From the NCBI GenBank assembly GCA_016192455.1, contig JACPUC010000006.1, positions 62,001-126,000 of the forward strand: 64,000 nt of DNA, in the 5' to 3' direction. Made by a program: the position numbers and the translations under genes. Within the stretch, counting starts at the first letter, position 1; each line of letters starts with the position of its first letter. Source of the DNA: Candidatus Tectimicrobiota bacterium. GTDB taxonomy: Bacteria; JACPUC01. Below, piece by piece: positions 57,879 to 64,000 of this stretch. Under the pieces are notes generated by a model. It was not told the DNA's origin and ran no database searches. It worked only from the letters and a program-made list of their open reading frames with translations.

Positions 57879-58148
57879 CTGCAATTACAGGTGTAGCCTA
57901 ACTGTCAAGAATCCCTCACCGCGGCTGTCGCGCCAGGAATATGACGCTCTCCGGCCGGTTTCCAACCTGCGTGTCTTGATCGTGGACCGTTGATCCCCCC
58001 TTTGTTCGGAAGCTGGGCGGCAGGCGGGGGTGGGGTGCGCCGTCCGCCTGAGAGGTGAGCGCGATTTCCGGGCAACCAACCAGCGCGCTGCTCGGCTGAG
58101 GCTCGGCTGTGGTGGGAGGTTGCCGGCTGGGAATCTCCGGCAGAGACG

Positions 58149-59378
58149 CTAGCCGCGCGGTGCGAGGAGGAGGAAGCGGCGCTTCCCCACCTTGATGCGG
58201 TAGGTCTGGTCGGCTCGCAGGGTGGTCTGGGCGTCCTCGATCTTGACGCCGTTGCACTGGATGGAGCCTTGCGAGAGCAGACGGCTCCCCTCGCTAGTGC
58301 TGGACACCAGCTTGAGGTCCTTCAGAACGTAGATGATCCAGCGCTCGTCTTCCTCCCACCTCCAGGTGTGCCGTAGCGCCTGATCGTCGGGGAAGTGTTG
58401 GTGCTGGAAGGTGGCACTGAATTGCGCCGCCGCCGCGGCCGCCGCCGCCGCGCCGTGGAAGCGGCACACCAGTTCGCGCGCCAGGCGCCGCTTCGCCTCC
58501 ATGGGGTGCTCGCGGCCGTTCTCCACCGCGGCGCGCAACGCCGCCACCTCCGCCAGCTCGAGGTTGCTGAGCAGCTCGTAGTAGCGCCACATCAGGCCGT
58601 CCGAGATCGACATGAGCTTGCCGTACATGTCGAACGGCTCGGCGGTAATGCCGATGGCGTTGTTGAGGCTCTTGCTCATCTTCTGCACGCCGTCGGTCCC
58701 CTCCAGCAGCGGCATGGTGAGGATGACCTGCGACTCCTGTCCGTAGGCGCGCTGCAGCTCCCGCCCCACCAGCAGGTTGAATTTCTGATCGGTGCCTCCC
58801 AGCTCGACATCGGCGCACAGCGCCACACTGTCGTACCCCTGCATCAGCGGGTAGAGAAACTCGTGGATACTGATCGGCTGGTTGGCGGCGAAGCGTTTTT
58901 GGAAGTCATCCCGCTCCAGCATGCGCGCCACCGTGTACCTGGCGCTGAGGCGGATGATCTCCTCCGAGCTGAGGTTGTTGAGCCAGCGGCTGTTGTAGTC
59001 GATGACCGTCTTCGCGGGGTCGAGGATCTTGAAGATCTGCTCCTTGTACGTCTCGGCGTTGGCGGCGATCTCCTCGCGGCTGAGGGGCGGGCGCGTCTCC
59101 GACCTGCCGCTCGGGTCGCCGATCAGCCCGGTGAAGTCGCCGATCAGGAAGATGACCTCGTGCCCCAGCTCCTGGAAATGCTTCAGCTTCTGGATGAGGA
59201 CGGTATGCCCAAGGTGCAAGTCCTTGGCGGTGGGATCGAAGCCCGCCTTCACCCGCAGCGGCGCGCCGCCGGTCCGGCTGCGCTCCAGCTTGTGGACGAG
59301 CTCCGCTTCCGGGACGATCTCCACCGCGCCGCGGCGGATCAGCGCAAGCTGCTCATCAATGGGGGGGAACTCGGCCAT
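58149..59378 (-). CDS. tyrS: Tyrosine--tRNA ligase
   Basis: [32 protein letters not shown]4 domain ending VGKRRF. Confidence 0.97.
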   Translation of the reverse strand: MAEFPPIDEQLALIRRGAVEIVPEAELVHKLERSRTGGAPLRVKAGFDPTAKDLHLGHTVLIQKLKHFQELGHEVIFLIGDFTGLIGDPSGRSETRPPLSREEIAANAETYKEQIFKILDPAKTVIDYNSRWLNNLSSEEIIRLSARYTVARMLERDDFQKRFAANQPISIHEFLYPLMQGYDSVALCADVELGGTDQKFNLLVGRELQRAYGQESQVILTMPLLEGTDGVQKMSKSLNNAIGITAEPFDMYGKLMSISDGLMWRYYELLSNLELAEVAALRAAVENGREHPMEAKRRLARELVCRFHGAAAAAAAAAQFSATFQHQHFPDDQALRHTWRWEEDERWIIYVLKDLKLVSSTSEGSRLLSQGSIQCNGVKIEDAQTTLRADQTYRIKVGKRRFLLLAPRG

Positions 59379-59631
59379 GGCGTGAAGAGCGTAGCGTCCG
59401 TGAGGGAGGGAATCACCCCGAACACGCAGCCGTGAACCACCCGCCGGCGCCGCCCAGGTCATGCTGCGCCGCCGGCCTGCTGCTCACCATTCGGGGTTGA
59501 AAAAGCTCCGGCCTCCGAGGATGAAGTGAGTATAGCCGCAAGCCGTCAGGTGGGCAATGGGGCTGCTGTGCGGAGGAGATCATTCGCCGCGCGCTGCGAC
59601 GGAAGCCGCCTCCGGTCGGCCGCAACGGGGA

Positions 59632-59871
59632 TCAGCCACCGGAGATGGGCGGGAAGATGCTCACCACGTCCCCCTCCTGCACCTCATCGTCGGCGTCGGC
59701 GTGTTGGCCATTGAGGAGGAAGATCACCGGCAGGTCATCCGGCAGCTTCAACCGAGTAGCGAGGTCCTGAATCCTCGCGCCGGCCTCGCTCGGCACCTTG
59801 GCGGTGTACTCCTGCGAGTCGGCGGGGAGGTACTCCCGCAGCGAGGCAAAGAGTTTCACATCTATCAGCAT
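59632..59871 (-). CDS. MoaD/ThiS-family sulfur carrier
   Basis: VKLFASLRE...NG...EGDVVSIFPPISGG (C-terminal GG); RBS GGAG. Confidence 0.92.
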   Translation of the reverse strand: MLIDVKLFASLREYLPADSQEYTAKVPSEAGARIQDLATRLKLPDDLPVIFLLNGQHADADDEVQEGDVVSIFPPISGG

Positions 59872-60065
59872 GGTCGGATACTCCGTTGCTATGGCAGGAG
59901 AAGTACCGCCGCCTCGCTCGCCGGCGAGACGGTCCGCGCGCCTCGGCCGCCCGGCAGGACAACGTCTATGGCACGATGCCAATCTAATCACGCCGCGGGA
60001 TGGCGGCAACCCTTGGGTCGATGCGTCGGGGACCGCGGTGGGCGGCGGACGCCAGGCGCCCGCGC

Positions 60066-62123
<2,058 letters not shown>

Positions 62124-62165
62124 GGAGAGCGTCCCCGCGTGTTCCGGGAGAGAAAAATTCGCCTT

Positions 62166-62194
62166 ACCATAGAAAGGCGACCCCTCTCTGTCAA
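62166..62194 (-). promoter_or_regulatory. Sigma70 promoter of the EF-G paralogue
   Basis: Minus strand TTGACA-17 nt-TATGGT. Confidence 0.7.
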
Positions 62195-62266
62195 CCGTGG
62201 GGCGCGGCGGGGGCGCCCCTCCGCCGCGCCGCGTAGACCGCCGCGGGAGTCATCGAGAGTTTCGCC

Positions 62267-62677
62267 GTGAGCCGTCTCTTTGCGTTGCTGCGAGACTGGT
62301 GGCTAGGCCGGCAGGGGGCCGGCGCGGGGGATGACGTCGGCGCCCCGGCATTCGGGCGGGGCCGGCTCGGCGGGGTGCTTCCCACCCTCGACCTCCACGG
62401 CGTGGGGGTGCGCGAGGCGATTGAGCAGGTGGAGGAGTTCCTGCGCGCCTCGCGGCACCTCGGCGTGCGGCGCGTGCGCATCGTCTACGGCAAAGGCAGG
62501 CACAGCCGCGGCGGCCGGGGCATCCTTCGCGAGGTGGTGCCCAGGTGGCTGGAGACAGAGGGCGCGCGCTACGTGGCGCGCTGGGAGCGTCGCCTCGATG
62601 CCAGCGGCCTCGATGGCGGCGCCGAGGTGGTGCTCCGCCCGGCAAGTCCGCAGCAGCGGGAGGAGAGCGAGACGTAA
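62267..62677 (+). CDS. Stand-alone Smr-domain protein
   Basis: LDLHG..V.EA...V..FL, RIVYGKG.HS, G.LR..V..WL, GG..V.L. Confidence 0.9.
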   Translation: MSRLFALLRDWWLGRQGAGAGDDVGAPAFGRGRLGGVLPTLDLHGVGVREAIEQVEEFLRASRHLGVRRVRIVYGKGRHSRGGRGILREVVPRWLETEGARYVARWERRLDASGLDGGAEVVLRPASPQQREESET

Positions 62678-62713
62678 CCGCTGCCGCATGGCCTCGTTGG
62701 GAACGCTGCCCCC

Positions 62714-64000
62714 TCACCTCGTGCGGTAGCCGCCGAGGCTGCGGCGTAAGTTCTCGCGCGCCCCCTGGAGACCCGGCTTCCGCAGCACCGCTGCGGCATA
62801 GGCGGCGTGGGCCTTGTCGGGCCGTCCGCGCGCCGCGAGCACGAGGCCGAGGTTGTTGCGGGCCTCGGCGTAGTCCGGCAGCAGGGCGAGGGCGCGCCGC
62901 AGCGTCGCTTCGGCCGGCTCGTACTCCCCCAGCCCGTAGTGGGCGATCCCCAGGTTGGCGAGGCTCCTGGCCTGGGCCGGATGCTCCGCCACGAGCCTGC
63001 GGTACTCCCGCCGCGCCGCCTGCCAAGCGTGTCGCTGTAGGAGCACCGTCGCCAGGTTGTGGCGGGCGGCGGCGTAGCTCGGCTTCGCGGCCAGGCTCTG
63101 CGCGTAGCTTAGCAGGGCCTTGTCCCAGGCGCCCCGACCTTGCAGGGCCGCGCCGAGATTCTGGTATCCCAGAAAGCTGCGCGGGAAGCGCGCCACCACC
63201 GGCGTCCAGAGGGTCTCCGCCCGCCGCCAGGCGTAGGTGCGCTGCACGCTGAGCAGGGCGAAGGAGAGGGGCACGAGGAGGGCAAGCGCAAGGGGCGCTG
63301 CGGCCGCGCTCCTCCCTCGTTGCGGCCCGGTCCCCGGCGGCAGCGCCCGGCGATGCCACAGCGCCGCCCAGCCAAGCCCACCCAGCATGCACCCCCCAAG
63401 CAGCGGCAGGTAGAGGTAGCGCTCGGCGAGCGGGTGAGCCAGGGGGTACACGTTGCTCGCCGGCAGCCAGCTCACCAGCAGCCAGCCCAAACCTAGCCCA
63501 ACGGCGCTGCCACGCAGGCGCCACGCGGCCAGCAGATACGCGGCGAGGCCGAGCACCGCGGCGACGCCGAACGGCCAGGCCCCGATTCCAGGCGCCAGCC
63601 CAGCGCGCGCCGCCACGACATAGTCCACGCTTAGCGGCGCCGGCAACCACAGCAGCTTCAGCTCGTAGGCGAAGATGCGGCTCGTCACGAAGAGCCGCTG
63701 CAGCCAGCCAAGGTGCGTCAAACCGCGCGCCGCCTCGGCGGGATTCACCAACAGCGCGAACCGCAGCACGAGGTAGGCCGCGGTCACCAGCGCGACGGAG
63801 GCGAGCAGACCTGCGGACCTTGACGGTGGCCGGGGCGCCGGCGAGTCCGCCGCGCCGGCCCCGGGCGCGATGATGAGCAGCCCCACCAGGAGCGGCAAGG
63901 CGAGCGCCGACTCCTTCGCCAGCAGCGCCAGGACATAGGCGAGGAGGGCGAGCGCAAGGTAGGCCCAAGTTCGGTATCGCCCTGTGGTACTCAGCCACGA
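62714..64000 (-). CDS. TMTC-like membrane protein with C-terminal TPR repeats, runs off window end
   Basis: LLAKESA, LSVDY, W...LP.SN, AERYLYLP, several TPRs (NLG...G...A...Y); the frame stays open to the window edge. Confidence 0.85.
   Translation of the reverse strand, partial: SWLSTTGRYRTWAYLALALLAYVLALLAKESALALPLLVGLLIIAPGAGAADSPAPRPPSRSAGLLASVALVTAAYLVLRFALLVNPAEAARGLTHLGWLQRLFVTSRIFAYELKLLWLPAPLSVDYVVAARAGLAPGIGAWPFGVAAVLGLAAYLLAAWRLRGSAVGLGLGWLLVSWLPASNVYPLAHPLAERYLYLPLLGGCMLGGLGWAALWHRRALPPGTGPQRGRSAAAAPLALALLVPLSFALLSVQRTYAWRRAETLWTPVVARFPRSFLGYQNLGAALQGRGAWDKALLSYAQSLAAKPSYAAARHNLATVLLQRHAWQAARREYRRLVAEHPAQARSLANLGIAHYGLGEYEPAEATLRRALALLPDYAEARNNLGLVLAARGRPDKAHAAYAAAVLRKPGLQGARENLRRSLGGYRTR

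Noticed and set aside
57396-57884. 162-aa minus-strand ORF
   Set aside because: No motif; the plus-strand 49-aa ORF has better promoter and RBS support.

Overview
A GC-rich bacterial chromosome segment from a diderm (outer-membrane beta-barrel, Tat signals, a sigma54-type site); taxonomy cannot be fixed from sequence alone. Left to right: (1) divergent GT2/GT4 glycosyltransferases. (2) A Cyc2-like mono-haem cytochrome-porin fusion plus a tri-haem cytochrome c. (3) A convergent, probably CsoR-controlled copper operon: leader-like ORF, DUF2933-like, YVTN propeller, CsoR, ICMT-like, geranylgeranyl-reductase-like, Rieske, CopA, cupredoxin. Its terminal HlyD/ABC exporter is largely replaced by a ~2.7 kb insert carrying an ISL3 remnant, REPs and a lower-GC secreted-protein gene. 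(4) EmrAB efflux. (5) A corrinoid methyl-transfer module (MetV-like, corrinoid protein, MetF, AcsE-like, UroD/MtaA-like). (6) An orphan SdhA/NadB-family flavoprotein and tRNA-Leu(TAA). (7) A catabolic region: SsuA-like binding protein, hydantoinase B/A, Zn-ADH, IpdAB-like CoA-transferase pair, acyl-CoA ligase, AAA+/DUF4143 ATPase, UbiD plus ABC transporter. (8) A Tat-exported PaoABC-like molybdo-flavoenzyme linked to a 4Fe-4S protein and cytochrome b. (9) Small unknown genes (one Sm/Hfq-like, one behind a sigma54 site), a phytoene-desaturase-family oxidoreductase, TyrS, MoaD/ThiS, a divergent EF-G paralogue facing an Smr protein, and a TPR membrane protein. All family calls come from motif recognition by eye; no searches were run.
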